A DNA stretch of 64,000 nt from Sodalis sp. (in: enterobacteria) (lineage in GTDB: Bacteria; Pseudomonadota; Gammaproteobacteria; Enterobacterales; Enterobacteriaceae): NCBI RefSeq assembly GCF_036327475.1, contig NZ_CP132913.1, forward strand, positions 578,450 through 642,449, written 5' to 3'. Shown piece after piece: positions 1-11,074 of this stretch. The position numbers were made by a program, and so were the translations under genes. The notes beneath the pieces are model-generated. The model made no database searches. It saw nothing but the letters and a program-made list of their open reading frames with translations, and was not told where the DNA came from. Each line of letters begins with the position of its first letter. Position 1 is the stretch's first letter.

Positions 1-629
1 GACGCATCCTGCTGATTGACTAGCAGTTGGTAGCCATCGACTTCGCTGTTAGCGGCGAAGGTGCCGGCCACGGTGAATAAACGCTGGCTGGGAATGCGGC
101 CTATCGGAGTGAATTGGCTGGCCACGGGCACCATCAGCCGCACTGCATCACCGCGCTTCACGCCGAGCGCGGCGGCCAGTTTGTCGCCCAGAATCACCCG
201 GTATTGGCCGGACACCAGGTCATCTTGTCGGGTCTCCAGCAAATAATGCGACAGCGGTTCTGGATCCCACGAATTGATGCCGAGCATTACGCCCACCGCG
301 ACGCTGCGTGCGCTTTGCAGAACAACATCACTGGTGGTCAGCGGCGCCACGCGCGTTACCCCCGCAAGCGCATCTGGCACTAAGGTCGGAATACGTTTAA
401 GATCAAGCCGCCCCTCTTGGGTAGTCAACAGCGCCTGGGGCATCAATCCGAGGATATTGCCCTCCAGTTCACGCTCGAAACCGTTCATCACCGATAACAC
501 CATCACCAGCGCAATCACGCCAAGCATGATGCCGATGGTGGAGAGCCAGGAGACAAAACGACCGAAGCGGTCTGATGCCCGCCTGCGCATATAGCGCAGG
601 CCAATATATAACACGACAGGTTGATACAT
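1..629 (-). CDS. lolC: LolC lipoprotein-release ABC transporter permease, N-terminal part (gene runs off left edge)
   Basis: Minus-strand translation from the ATG at 629-627 reads [66 protein letters not shown]..., collinear with E. coli LolC. It stays open to position 1 and is absent from the ORF track only because no stop lies in the window. Confidence 0.85.
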   Translation of the reverse strand, partial: MYQPVVLYIGLRYMRRRASDRFGRFVSWLSTIGIMLGVIALVMVLSVMNGFERELEGNILGLMPQALLTTQEGRLDLKRIPTLVPDALAGVTRVAPLTTSDVVLQSARSVAVGVMLGINSWDPEPLSHYLLETRQDDLVSGQYRVILGDKLAAALGVKRGDAVRLMVPVASQFTPIGRIPSQRLFTVAGTFAANSEVDGYQLLVNQQDA

Positions 630-836
630 TGATTTCCGTCTGAATGCGGTTTCGAAAGCAAAGTACTTAAGGATGATAAAGGGTTGTGTGGCATTATGGA
701 ACTATTAAGCACTGCAACGACCGGCTTTTATTCCTGAAAGCACGCATTTTAGCCATCATCCCCGCCTCTGCGGCATTCTACCGCAGGCTGTGCTGCGATG
801 GCCCCGTGATGTGAGAAAAGAGATTTATCATTAGCT

Positions 837-3412
837 ATGCCAGGACGTGATCGTTATACCTTGCCGACCAAAACCGGCAAAAAACTGACCCTGGGTCAGC
901 TGACCGGCGCCGCCATTGTGGACCGCTATCCGAGATCGGCGTTGCCCATTATCAGCGATATGCAAAGTACGCTGAGGCTGTATAACGCGATCAGGGGGTT
1001 CACCCATCATCCGGTCCTTACTCTACCCGATTGGGAGATCTGGCCCTATGACAGTTGACAGTTTCTCTTCCCCATCAAGAAATCATTTCAGATAAGATAG
1101 CTACCTTCTGCTAGCTGCTTACCCTTTCGCGCGTCGGAATACAGAGCTGTTCCGCAGCCAGTGGCGCGAGCAGCTTGATGTGCGCCGCGACGCCGAGCAC
1201 GTTTACCAGCAGGTAAACAAAGGGACGCTGCCGACGAGGATTGTATTGGAAGCCGTTTTTTCATCGAGCCGCTAGTGCTGCTGTTCAGCTATGCCGGCGG
1301 GCACGCTAGTGGTCAACACCAGAGATCTCGAGGCCGGCGCAGGCTGTTTCTAGGATGACGCCTGCACGCGTTTTGACAACACCGTGTGTATCCCATGCGC
1401 CAGCTGCTGCCGGCTGAGGCCCTGTGGCTGAGGGTTGAGGGGTTGCTCGCCGAACTTAAACGCTGGCCTCAGTCTCAGCTCAGCACGCAAACGCTGCCGG
1501 AGAAAGCCGGCGAGCACAACATGGATTATCGGTCTCTGCCGGATTTGGCGGTGGAGGTACAGAGAAAAGCGCCCATGGACAAGTTACGCCGGTTTTACGA
1601 GCAGTTTGACGGCCGGGTGATTTTCTCAGTGGAAAGCGAAGGTTTGCGGAAAAGTTTAAGCGAGCTGCTGGCGCGTGTGAAGATTCTACCGAAATCGGCG
1701 TCAATTAACGTGTTTTATCGATGCGCCACGCATAAGGGTATTGATTTGCGAAGGCGATCTGCTGGGGAGCGGGTCAGCCGCCGCCAGCAGGATAATCGCC
1801 GTACAATTAACGCCGATAGTTAATCCGTAATCTGGCCGAGCTGCATGAAGACCAGACGGTGGTGCATCTGGAGCACGGGGTCGGCCGTTACGCCGTCATA
1901 ATCACCCTGCCGGTGTCCTCGCTACATCTCATACGCTAAACGCGCCGCTGCGCAAACTGGGCGGCGGCGCTTTGGCGCAGGCGCGACAAAAAGCGGCCGA
2001 GTGGGTGCGGGACGTGGCGGCGGAACTCTTGGATGTTTATGCCCAGCGCGGTGCTAAAAGCGGCTTCGCATTCCGCATAATCGGGAAAATTATCAATTAT
2101 TTTGAGAGGGATTTCCGTTTGAACCCACCTTGGATTAGGATCAGGCAATCAATGCGGTGCTCAGCAACATGTGCCAGCCGTTGATCATGGATCGCCTGGT
2201 CCGCGACATGTCGACCTCGGTAAAACAGAAGTCGCGATGCGTGCCGCTTTCATGGCGATTGCAAACCACAAACAGGTGGCTGTGCTGGTTCCCACCACCC
2301 TCCTGGCGCGGCAACATTTCAACAATTTTCGACCGGTTCGCCAACTGGCCGGTGCGGATTGAGATAATTTCACGTTTTCGCAGCGCACGGGATCAGGCCC
2401 AAGCACTGGAGCAGACCGACGAAGACAAAGCGGATATTCGCAAAGCGATGTCAAATGGCATGATTTGGGTCTGCTCATCGTCGACGATGAGCACAGTCTC
2501 GGCGTGGCGCCACAAAGAGCGCATCAACAATGCGCACCGATGTTGATATTCTCACCCTAACCGCAACCCCTATTCCGCGCACGCTGAATATGGCGATGAG
2601 CGGCATGCGCGATCGAAAACGCTTGTATACGAATACGACCGCTGGCAGTACGCGAGGCCATCCTGAGCGAAGCGCTGCGCGGCAGCCAAATCTATCATCC
2701 TTACAACGACGTCGAAAATATTAAAAATCCGCCCGCCCCTAGAAACGCTGGTGCCGGAGGCGTACATCGCCATCGGTTACGGCCAGCTGCGCTAGCGCGA
2801 TTTGGAACGGGTGATGAATGATTTTCAACATCAGCGTTTCAACGTACTGTGGTATGTACCGCCATCATTGAAAACCGGTATCTACATCGCCAACGCCAAT
2901 ACCATTATCATCGAGCGAGCGGATCATTTCGGCCTGGCACAGCTACACCAATTGCGTGGCTGCGTCGGACGTTCGCACCACCAGGCTCACGCCTACACGC
3001 TGACCCACTACCGAAAGCGCTAAGCCAGGATGCCTATAAGCGGTGGAAGCCAACGCCTCGCTGGAAGATCTGAGCGCCGGCTTTGCATTGGCGACGCGCG
3101 ATTTGGAAATCCGTAGCGCCGGAGAACTGCTTGGAGAAGATCAAAGCCTCACAAACCAATTGACCGAGGTGGAGTTGCGTATGCCCGCTCGGCTGGCCTG
3201 AAGAGTATATCTTTGGCATCAACACGCGTTTGTCGCTGTACAAACACATTGTCAGCACCGCCGATGACCGTGAAAGTGAAGCTGATAGACTGCTTCGGTC
3301 TGCCACCTAACCCGGCGCGCTATTTTCTGGCGATATCGAATCCTTAGCGGATCGCACAGCGCGTCTGAACTTATGTTGACGCGCTACTGGAAGAATTACG
3401 CAGCATGTGTTG
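837..3412 (+). pseudogene. mfd: mfd (transcription-repair coupling factor) pseudogene
   Basis: Starts MPGRDRYTLPTKTGKKLTLGQLTGAA (E. coli Mfd: MPEQYRYTLPVKAGEQRLLGELTGAA). Mfd-like blocks reappear in all three + frames, e.g. [82 protein letters not shown] and ERVMNDFQHQRFNVL. Many stops and frameshifts are present. About 2.6 kb remains of an expected ~3.4 kb. Confidence 0.9.
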
Positions 3413-3541
3413 AGCACCTAGACGCAACTAGGGCCAGGGCACGGAGCCGCGCCACATGACGGAAAACACTGTGCTCGGGTTTGTACGTCCGACGCGGCGT
3501 CCACAAGAATGTTATGGCGGCAGTGAACCGAGCTGCCCACC

Positions 3542-4012
3542 TTATGCCTGGTCGTTCAGCACAAATTGACCGTTGCGATCCAGCAGGCCAGCAGGATTTT
3601 CGTGCCCGGATCGTGGTCTATGCGGATTTTGCCCTGTTGATTGCCAATTTTGTACGTGACGTCATAGCTTAGCAGTTTTTGCGATTTATCGTGACTGTCT
3701 GTCAACGCTGACGATTGTAGGTATTCCTATCTACAGATTACCCTGTATCTGCTTGCCCGCATACCTCCCGCCACCAACAACGGCACCTAATACCGAGCCG
3801 TTATTTTCGTCCTGCAACCGGATGGCGATGGGTTACGACGACTGTTCGACACTCATAATGCTGTGTCTGAATCGTTTCATTGATGGGCGATGCCGTGATG
3901 ACCTAGGCGTATTTCGGGCTAGAGGAGAACACATGCAGCCCGTGGCGACCGCTACGATACCCGACATAGCGGCAATACCGATGTCGACGCCTGCTAATAA
4001 TGATTTATTCAC
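3542..4012 (-). pseudogene. ycfJ: ycfJ (glycine-zipper outer-membrane/periplasmic protein) pseudogene
   Basis: VNKSLLAGVDIGIAAMSGIVAVATG matches the YcfJ N-terminus. PKYAQVITASPINETIQT.. and LLSYDVTYKIGNQQGKIRIDHDPGT.. match YcfJ but lie in other frames. At least 3 frameshifts. Confidence 0.75.
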
Positions 4013-4593
4013 GGGAGAACCTCCTGACAATTATTACGCATCTGCTAACGGTGAACGGATGCATAACCCTCGTTTCCTTTTGACCGCAAGCGTATCCCGA
4101 GCGTTAAGATTAACGGCGAAAAGCCTACTCTGTCGGCACCTCATGTGATTGTGACAAAAGGCATGTTGAGCTTGTTGAAATCCCAACCAACGATGAGACT
4201 AACGACAATATCGTCGCGTTTTGCAGGTCGGAGAAATTGCCCGATGTCTGTTATCCGCTGGAGATCGCCTATCGGCTGCACTTCCTCCCGACTTGGTTCT
4301 AACCCGAAAAGCCTAAAGGCTCTATTTTATACTGCCAATGACAAGACGCACAGCAACTCTATGGCCAACGGACGGCGACGGCACGGCGCGTGAGGGAATA
4401 GAGAAGACACTGGAAACAGTGGCGCGTTATTGCCCCGCGCACCGCGCAGGACGGCGATTCGGCGGCTAGGGAAGGGACAAAGGCGCTTGCGGCTGCCTGG
4501 CGAGACGACGGCGTAGCTCGCACTAGTATTAAACCTGACCCGGGAGCGCCTGCGCCTGGCTGAATATGGGTTTTATAAAAGGTCGCCACGCGG

Positions 4594-5913
4594 TTAGTAC
4601 AATTTGAGATGCGGACGGATCACGCGGTTGATCCTGTCCACTAGCATGATAAGGCCGGTTTTGATGTAGCCATGCAGTGCGATTTGGTGCATACGGTATA
4701 GCGAGATGTAGAGCGCGCGAGCAATACGTCCTTCTATCATCATCGAACCGTGTATCATGTTACCCATCAGATTGCCGACGGTGCTAAAGCGCGATAATGA
4801 CACCAGCGAGCCGTGATCTTTGTAGGTGTAGGGCTTGAGCGTATGCCCACGAAGCAGTGCCAAAATGTTGCCGTGGGCCCGTGAGGCCATCTGATGCGCA
4901 GCCTGCGCGCGGGGGGGCACCACGCCTCCGGCGGGCATCGCGCACGACGCACAGTCGCCAATAGCAAAAATATGCGGATCGCGCGTGGTCTGCAGTGTCG
5001 GTTCAACCACTAATTGGTTAACGCGGTTGGTCTCCAGACCGACCAACGCCTTCATGAAGTCCGGTGCTTTGATGCCGGCGGCCCAGACCATGAGTTCCGC
5101 CTGGATATATTCTCCGTCCTTGGTATGCAGCCCGCCTGCATCGGCGCTGGTGACCATGGTTTTGGTCAAGACCCTAACCCCTAGCTTGGTCAATTCCTGA
5201 TGCGCGGCGGCGGAGATTCGCGGCGGCAGCGCCGGCAGAATACGCTCTCCCGCCTCGGCTAGGGTGACATTCAGCGCCTGATGCAGCCCTTTGAAACCAT
5301 AGCTATGCAATTGTTGCACCGCATTATGTAGCTCAGCCGACAATTCGACGCCGGTCGCTCCGCCGCCGACGATAGCGATATTTACTTTTTCCTCCAGGTC
5401 GCCCTGTGCGGAAAATTTAAGAAACAGATTGAGCATCTCGTTATGGAAATGCTGCGCCTGACGCGGATTGTCGAGGAAGATGCAGTGTTCTTTAACGCCA
5501 GGAGTACCAAAGTCGTTCGACGTACTACCGAGTGCCATCACCAGAATGTCATAGTCCAGACGGCGGGCGGGCACCAACAGCTTCCCCTGCTCATCGCGGA
5601 TTTCATCCATCAGGACCTGTTTATGCTCGCGATCGATGTCGATCATGCTACCGAGTTGAAATTGGAAAGCATGATTGCGTGCATGGGCCAGGTAACTGAG
5701 GGCGTCAATGCCTTCATCGAGCGAGCCGGTGGCTACCTCATGCAGCAGCGGTTTCCATAAGTGGCTATGGTTGTGATCCACTAGCGTGATATTTGCCCGC
5801 TTGTGGCGCCCCAATTTACGCCCTAGGCTTGTCGCCAGCTCAAGACCGCCAGCACCGCCGCCTATAATGACAATTTTCTTAAATAGCGTGGTCAAAATAC
5901 CCCCTAAATGCAA
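4594..5913 (-). CDS. ndh: NADH dehydrogenase II (type 2 NADH:quinone oxidoreductase)
   Basis: The 439-aa ORF is near-collinear with E. coli Ndh ([17 protein letters not shown]..., ...VIRPHLKLY). The true start may be the TTG at 5895 ([14 protein letters not shown] vs MTTPLKKIVIVGGG). Confidence 0.95.
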   Translation of the reverse strand: MHLGGILTTLFKKIVIIGGGAGGLELATSLGRKLGRHKRANITLVDHNHSHLWKPLLHEVATGSLDEGIDALSYLAHARNHAFQFQLGSMIDIDREHKQVLMDEIRDEQGKLLVPARRLDYDILVMALGSTSNDFGTPGVKEHCIFLDNPRQAQHFHNEMLNLFLKFSAQGDLEEKVNIAIVGGGATGVELSAELHNAVQQLHSYGFKGLHQALNVTLAEAGERILPALPPRISAAAHQELTKLGVRVLTKTMVTSADAGGLHTKDGEYIQAELMVWAAGIKAPDFMKALVGLETNRVNQLVVEPTLQTTRDPHIFAIGDCASCAMPAGGVVPPRAQAAHQMASRAHGNILALLRGHTLKPYTYKDHGSLVSLSRFSTVGNLMGNMIHGSMMIEGRIARALYISLYRMHQIALHGYIKTGLIMLVDRINRVIRPHLKLY

Positions 5914-6071
5914 ACCAGCCGTTAACTAAGCGAAAACATCCTTAACATAGCGTTATATCTCAATACGCTATTGGCGCCAGAATAACATGAGCGATCATTT
6001 GGTCATACTAAAATTGATATGAATCAATTTTTCAGCCTGTTCCGATGGCTGATGTCATATGCTGTCCTCTT

Positions 6072-6573
6072 TTATCCCAACGCTTTAAAGGCTTGCATGC
6101 GCTGTAAATGAGGAGAAATGTTTTTAAATTTATGACCTTCCTGCTCATCTCCAATGATTTCATAAGAGGGAGAAAGCACCCCAGCGCTGCAATGTAGAAC
6201 CAAACAGAGGTCGTCGTTTTTCGCGGAAGTGCTCCATGCATTTGGTGGAGATATCAACATATTCCTCGGGTCTATCAAGTTTGTCCGCCATATTCTCTTC
6301 GGAAAAAGATTGGGAGTCGAGGATCACCTGGTGTATGTCACATAAAAAATCGACCCGCTCGGCCTAAATCCGCCCAAGCCAACGCCGCAGATAAGCGACC
6401 GGTAGTCGTCGGTCAATTACTGCATTTTCTTCCTTAAGCAGATGCTGCGTATCATGACGGAGATGGGCTGGTACTGTAACTGATGAGTCGCGCATCGGGA
6501 TCGATAAACTGCAATTGCAGAACATTTTGTGGTTTCCAAGACTTGTAAAACCGTGCAAATAAACAATCATCAT
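6072..6573 (-). pseudogene. ycfP: ycfP (alpha/beta hydrolase UPF0227) pseudogene
   Basis: Two ORF pieces lie in different frames. MMIVYLHGFTSLGNHK... corresponds to YcfP MIIYLHGFDSNSPGNHEK. ...[25 protein letters not shown] corresponds to ...[25 protein letters not shown]. Confidence 0.8.
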
Positions 6574-6639
6574 TTTCCTCCCCTATGGAGTTCGACGGCG
6601 CGGATAGCGATTACGTTTTTGAGGTTAGAACGTCCGCCT

Positions 6640-7010
6640 CTCGGCAGCATTGATCGATAACAGATTCTGAGGTGGGTGCACCGCCGGCAGGCGCGGGATC
6701 CGTTTTGACCCGGCGTCGGCCCACGACACGCCGTTGCTGACGCCATCAGCGTCGGCAGGCGTTGGCTTGGCTTCGCCGCCGATTTGTATCAGGCCTTTAC
6801 TGATAGCAACTACGCGGCCCTAACTGACCACATAACTGCCCCGTACAGGCCTCCTGTACCTTCACTGATGGCGGCAGCTGTGCTACGTTCATTGGCAGGA
6901 GACAACGCCACGCCTCATTATAAACCCTACTCAGCGTCATAGTATCACGCGCGGCATTGCCTTTCTCCTTCGCACGGCAATGGGCAGCCATCACCCATGC
7001 TCACGCGACC
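6640..7010 (-). pseudogene. nagZ: possible nagZ (beta-N-acetylhexosaminidase) remnant
   Basis: The position between ycfP and thiK fits E. coli order. Similarity is weak and frame-hopping (..RVYNEAW.. / ..VVAISKGLIQIGGEA..ADAG..). Less than half the expected length remains. Confidence 0.35.
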
Positions 7011-7319
7011 ATTCCCGACAGGCGTCTTTCGCCGACCTTACCGCTCACTGCACGCCTTCCCCTTACCCTCTGTTGCCACCGATCGTAAATGTTGGCACCG
7101 CGTCTGGACCGCCCCAAGCCCTTCCTACTGACGGCGCGGCACTCAGGGTAATAAATTAAATGTCATTAGGGTTGTAGTATATTAAGTTAATTTTATTAAT
7201 GAATATTATATTCTTATATCTATTTTTAATATTACTTGCTGTGAACTACAAACGCCGTATTACATTTTTCACCAGAGTGATGAGGCCCATCATATTTCAC
7301 AGCTGCTGAGAAAATGCGC

Positions 7320-7850
7320 TGTTTTCACGCTGGTACAGCCGCTGCACGCAGCAGCTGTACCAGTTTCAAATTATTGCCGCCTCACCTCCGCGCTGCTGCT
7401 TGTTATTATAGATTGGCTAACCCATGCGCCATTACTTTTCCCCGTAGGCAACGTTTTCCAACGTGCGGTCTCGCTATTTTATTTCACCATTCCGTTTTAT
7501 TAATGAGTTATAGTGAGCAAACCGTTAGCTCGGGGCTGGCGTCGGTGATTTTCGCTAAGTATGCCGTTATTGTACCTAACACTTCTGTGAATCGCATCGT
7601 TGGCGGTAGTGTTGATAAGCGAAGCGAAAAAAACCAGCCGCTGTCACTGGCAGGGTGGCTCTGGTCGCTGGTTTGCCAATAGCGCGCCGGTAGGTTCAGC
7701 GAGTAGCCGCTACGCCGCTGCTGGTGCAGCCTGGTCAGGAGAAGGCCCGCCAGAGTGTCCGTCGTCAGCACTTGTGCCAGTCCTGCGTATTTAACGGTGC
7801 GCCGGCTAGCCACTCCACCAGCAGCTAGCCGGCGGTGATACCCGGCGGAC
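7320..7850 (-). pseudogene. thiK: thiK (thiamine kinase) pseudogene
   Basis: LAGLLLTRLHQQRRSGYSLNLPARYWQTSDQSHPASDSGWF matches ThiK [41 protein letters not shown]. The N-terminal ~80 codons are missing, and frameshifts and stops lie downstream. Confidence 0.6.
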
Positions 7851-7894
7851 GCGGTTCCAAGCTGCTGCCGTTAAGGGCACATAACAGGCGAAAT

Positions 7895-8539
7895 TCACAC
7901 CGGCTCCCTGAAATCGCCAGCATTGTCTGCGGATAAACCGCTGACCGGCAGAGGGTTGACACTGTCTAACATTACGCCATTACCGGACCAAATGATCTCG
8001 CCGGTTTGCACCAGCATCAGTTGCAGATCGAGCGTTGGTGCTTTAACATCGCCATTAGCGACGCTATACAGCACGTACTGGGCGTTGAGATGGCGCGCCA
8101 ATCCAACCGCTTTACTGCGTGACCCCAAACTGTCGTCGGCGGAAAGCCCCAACATTTGGCGCGCCGCATGCAGTTTATCGGCGCCCACCACCTGAAATGC
8201 ACCGCCGCCCTCCGCAATAAGGCGGATAAGGGCCGCAGTGGCTTTATCAGTCTGTAAGTTGCCGTTAGTGGCGTTTTTAAAGGTATTTACCAGCAGCACG
8301 CTGCCGTCGTTGACGCCATCCACCTGCAACATTTGCTTCACCATGGGCGACAGACTGGCTGACCAATCAATGGTCTTGATTTTCGGCGGCAAGGTCACTG
8401 GCTCACTGGTGACCGGCGGCAGCTGTATCGGAACCGTAATCGGCGGCGCGGGCTCTACGGTCGGGGACGGCTCTGGAGTTCGGGCGGTACAGCTGGCCAG
8501 CACCAGCGCCGTAAGGACGATTAAGGGTGTTTTTTTCAT
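7895..8539 (-). CDS. lpoB: LpoB, outer-membrane lipoprotein activator of PBP1B
   Basis: MKKTPLIVLTALVLASCTART carries a lipobox (LASC). The C-terminal half matches E. coli LpoB (SRSKAVGLARHLNAQYVLYSVANGDVKAPTLDLQLMLVQTGEIIWSG). I place the start at the ATG at 8539, not at the 8746 ORF-track start. Confidence 0.85.
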   Translation of the reverse strand: MKKTPLIVLTALVLASCTARTPEPSPTVEPAPPITVPIQLPPVTSEPVTLPPKIKTIDWSASLSPMVKQMLQVDGVNDGSVLLVNTFKNATNGNLQTDKATAALIRLIAEGGGAFQVVGADKLHAARQMLGLSADDSLGSRSKAVGLARHLNAQYVLYSVANGDVKAPTLDLQLMLVQTGEIIWSGNGVMLDSVNPLPVSGLSADNAGDFREPV

Positions 8540-8746
8540 TGTAGACTCGACGTAAAAGCAAATAGAGACGAGCGTGCTTTTCCCCAGCTTATCATTTTCA
8601 CTACCTCCACCCGAACTTCCCCAGCAGGAGGCACGAACAGCGTGCACGGCACGGCAAACGATATAACATCCAACCCCTGCGCATCGTACCAATAGAAACG
8701 CAATACACGGTGACTGACACGGGATGATGGTTTTATTGATGATCAA

Positions 8747-8830
8747 TTAGGGATCGCGGCTATTGCTGCTGTAGCCGGTTAACAGCAACAGCGCGACTAT
8801 CCAGGATGCTAACACGTGTTTTGCAACCCA
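8747..8830 (-). pseudogene. ycfL: possible ycfL lipoprotein remnant (~27 codons)
   Basis: ..KHVLASWIVALLLLTGYSSNSRDP* resembles the YcfL signal/lipobox region (..LVSLVLLLLVGCRSHPE), with Cys replaced by Tyr. The position between hinT and lpoB fits. The rest of the gene is absent. Confidence 0.3.
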
Positions 8831-8835
8831 TCCCA

Positions 8836-9183
8836 TCACGCCACAAGCGGGCCAAGCGGCCTACCGCCCAAAAGATGCATGTGCAAATGATACACTTCCT
8901 GACCCCCATGGCGGTTGCAATTCACGATGAGCCGGTAGCCGTCCGCATCAATGCTCTCTTGTTGAGCAATTTTCGCCGCCACAGTAAATAACCTTCCCAG
9001 CGCCACTTCATGGTCGACGGTGACATCGTTGACGGTGGGGATCAGTAGATTGGTCACGATCAAAATATGGCTTGGCGCTTTAGGACTGATGTCGCGAAAA
9101 GCGGTAACCAAACTGTCCTGATAGAGAATATCAGCGGGAATTTCACGGCGAATAATTTTACTAAAAATAGTTTCTTCGGTCAT
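8836..9183 (-). CDS. hinT: HinT purine nucleoside phosphoramidase (HIT family)
   Basis: The 115-aa [40 protein letters not shown]...HLHMHLLGG is nearly identical in pattern to E. coli HinT, including the HxHxH motif. Confidence 0.95.
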   Translation of the reverse strand: MTEETIFSKIIRREIPADILYQDSLVTAFRDISPKAPSHILIVTNLLIPTVNDVTVDHEVALGRLFTVAAKIAQQESIDADGYRLIVNCNRHGGQEVYHLHMHLLGGRPLGPLVA

Positions 9184-9418
9184 GGTGGCGCTCCTTGTTT
9201 CCTGACTGGTTGGTAATGGAAGTATGAGTGAGGAACTCCCTGCTTTTCAACCGGCTGCGGTATTAAAATAGTCACTTATGGCGCACAATGGCAACGTGGA
9301 CGCATTAACCGTAGCTAGCAGGGAGGCTTCGCCGCCTCCCTGTGTCGCATAAAATCCCGCTGCGTTAACGACACGGCGACTCTCTGCGTTTCCGCCATCG
9401 TCTGCTGCAGTTTTCAAC

Positions 9419-10760
9419 TTATCGGATTACATTCGCCACACTGATACGCAGGTGGGTGATACAGGCGTCAAGACTGGTGATGCTGGTTTTGCCGCCAAAA
9501 GCCACTGCGGCCGCGATATTGCAGCCAGGCGTATGTAACCATTGTGCCGCGACGGCGAGTGCGGCCGAGACGATAGTTTGTAATAGGGCCACATCGCCAA
9601 TCCACAGGCAGCAGCAGTGTATCAACCAGCCCAGGAAGGCGCGCACCATAAACGGAAAAACATCCTGAACGGCGCCAACAGAAACAGTATTTCCAATACC
9701 ATTGAAATGGTCATCCACAGCACACCGACGAATTCCTGCGCGCCCCTGGCTATGATCAGGATAACGTTTTTAATTCAACTTGACGATCAGTAGGCGGAAC
9801 AGGTTGTAATACACTAGACCGTAAGCGTAGACCGTAAGCGATGTCCGCCAGGGAGAACGGCCAGATGCGGCTGCTATTGCCGCTTAACACCACAAAATCA
9901 ATCAGCCCATGAGAGACTGGTGCTGTCACGCATGCCAAACAGAATACACAGCTGAAACGCTAGCCCCGCCAATAGTGCACGAATGACATGCAACAACGGC
10001 GCCACGAACATAAAGGAAAATTCTATAGGCCTCGGGTGATACCGGTCAAAAGGTGGTCAGCGCGGCGAAATCATCATACAGCCGACCATGGCGCGGTTTC
10101 CCGGGCGGGTGGCGGGATAAATGGTGATAGCAGAGGCTCCCCAGCCATATAGCGTGGAATATCGCCATGACATTCCAGATGAAGGTGCAAGCCAAATGGC
10201 ACTAATGCCGCCCTACCAGACCAGCCGGTAAATACCGAATACCGCCATCGGATTCTGATAGGCGGCCCAGTGTGAGAGCGCCTGGATAGCGGCGCCAATC
10301 GAATCGGCGGCCAAATAAACGACAGCATCACGCCGAACACAATCGCCAGCATAAATATTCAGGCAGCGTGATACGGAAGAAGCGGTTAAACATTAGCGAC
10401 GACAATAATGCCACCCAGAACCCTGTATCCGCCAGATGTTTGGCAACAACGTCTCCGGCAGGGAGATGCAGAATGAGCGGCGCGACAACGGCGAAGTTTT
10501 GACCATAATCCCGTATGCCACCACCGCCACCAACGCCGCCACGCCGGCGTTATGAGTAAACCCCAGCGCCACGCCAACCGCGAAATCAGCGGCATATTGG
10601 CAACCGAACCATGCCTCCGCCATGACGTCAGAGGCCACCACCGGCAGTTAGCTGAACGTCGCGGAACCCACCCCAGCAAAATACTGTCAACAAGCAAGAC
10701 AGAAACTAGCAGCATTAGCAACTTACCGATTTTTAGGTGGGCGCATGCATTTTGCAACAT
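9419..10760 (-). pseudogene. ptsG: ptsG (glucose-specific PTS EIICB) pseudogene
   Basis: MLQNACAHLKIGKLLMLLVSVL.. matches [51 protein letters not shown] and AFGGKTSITSLDACITHLRISVANV all match PtsG but are spread over three frames with stops. The EIIB domain is truncated. Confidence 0.9.
9535..9762. repeat. opgH-derived segment embedded in the ptsG pseudogene linker (partner copy at 34112-34274)
   Basis: Roughly 90% nucleotide identity by eye to 34112-34274, with small indels. This copy holds 70 nt (9554-9623) that the other lacks. The minus-strand translation [27 protein letters not shown]...AVAAQWL is OpgH-like, not PtsG-like. Confidence 0.85.
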
Positions 10761-11074
10761 GGTGTTTTACCCCTAGTTCAAAATACCGCTGCATCAAAAT
10801 CCACACCAGGTCAGACCGGTGGCGATTTCTGTTAATGGCGTCGTTGCCCTGCATAAAAAGGGTGCGGACTTTATCGGCATTATCATCTTGAAGAAGAGCG
10901 CACGCCGCTTGCGTCAGCGTTTCCAGCCTGGCTTAGGAAAAAACGATCACAACACAACGGGCAGGGAAACAGTGGTGGAGCAGCCGCCGAACATCATCTG
11001 CCTGACGCGCGCGGGCGCAATCGCGACAAAGTAACGCTATTTGATTATTTCAAGTCAAATGATATTGACTTACA

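Noticed and set aside
7895-8746. A 283-aa ORF-track call for the lpoB region.
   Set aside because: Its first 69 codons have no LpoB similarity and precede a clear signal peptide and lipobox starting at the ATG at 8539. The shorter start was adopted. The same reasoning shortened the tmk, holB, mltG, fabG, rluC, trhO, pgsA, yccA and tusE ORF-track calls.
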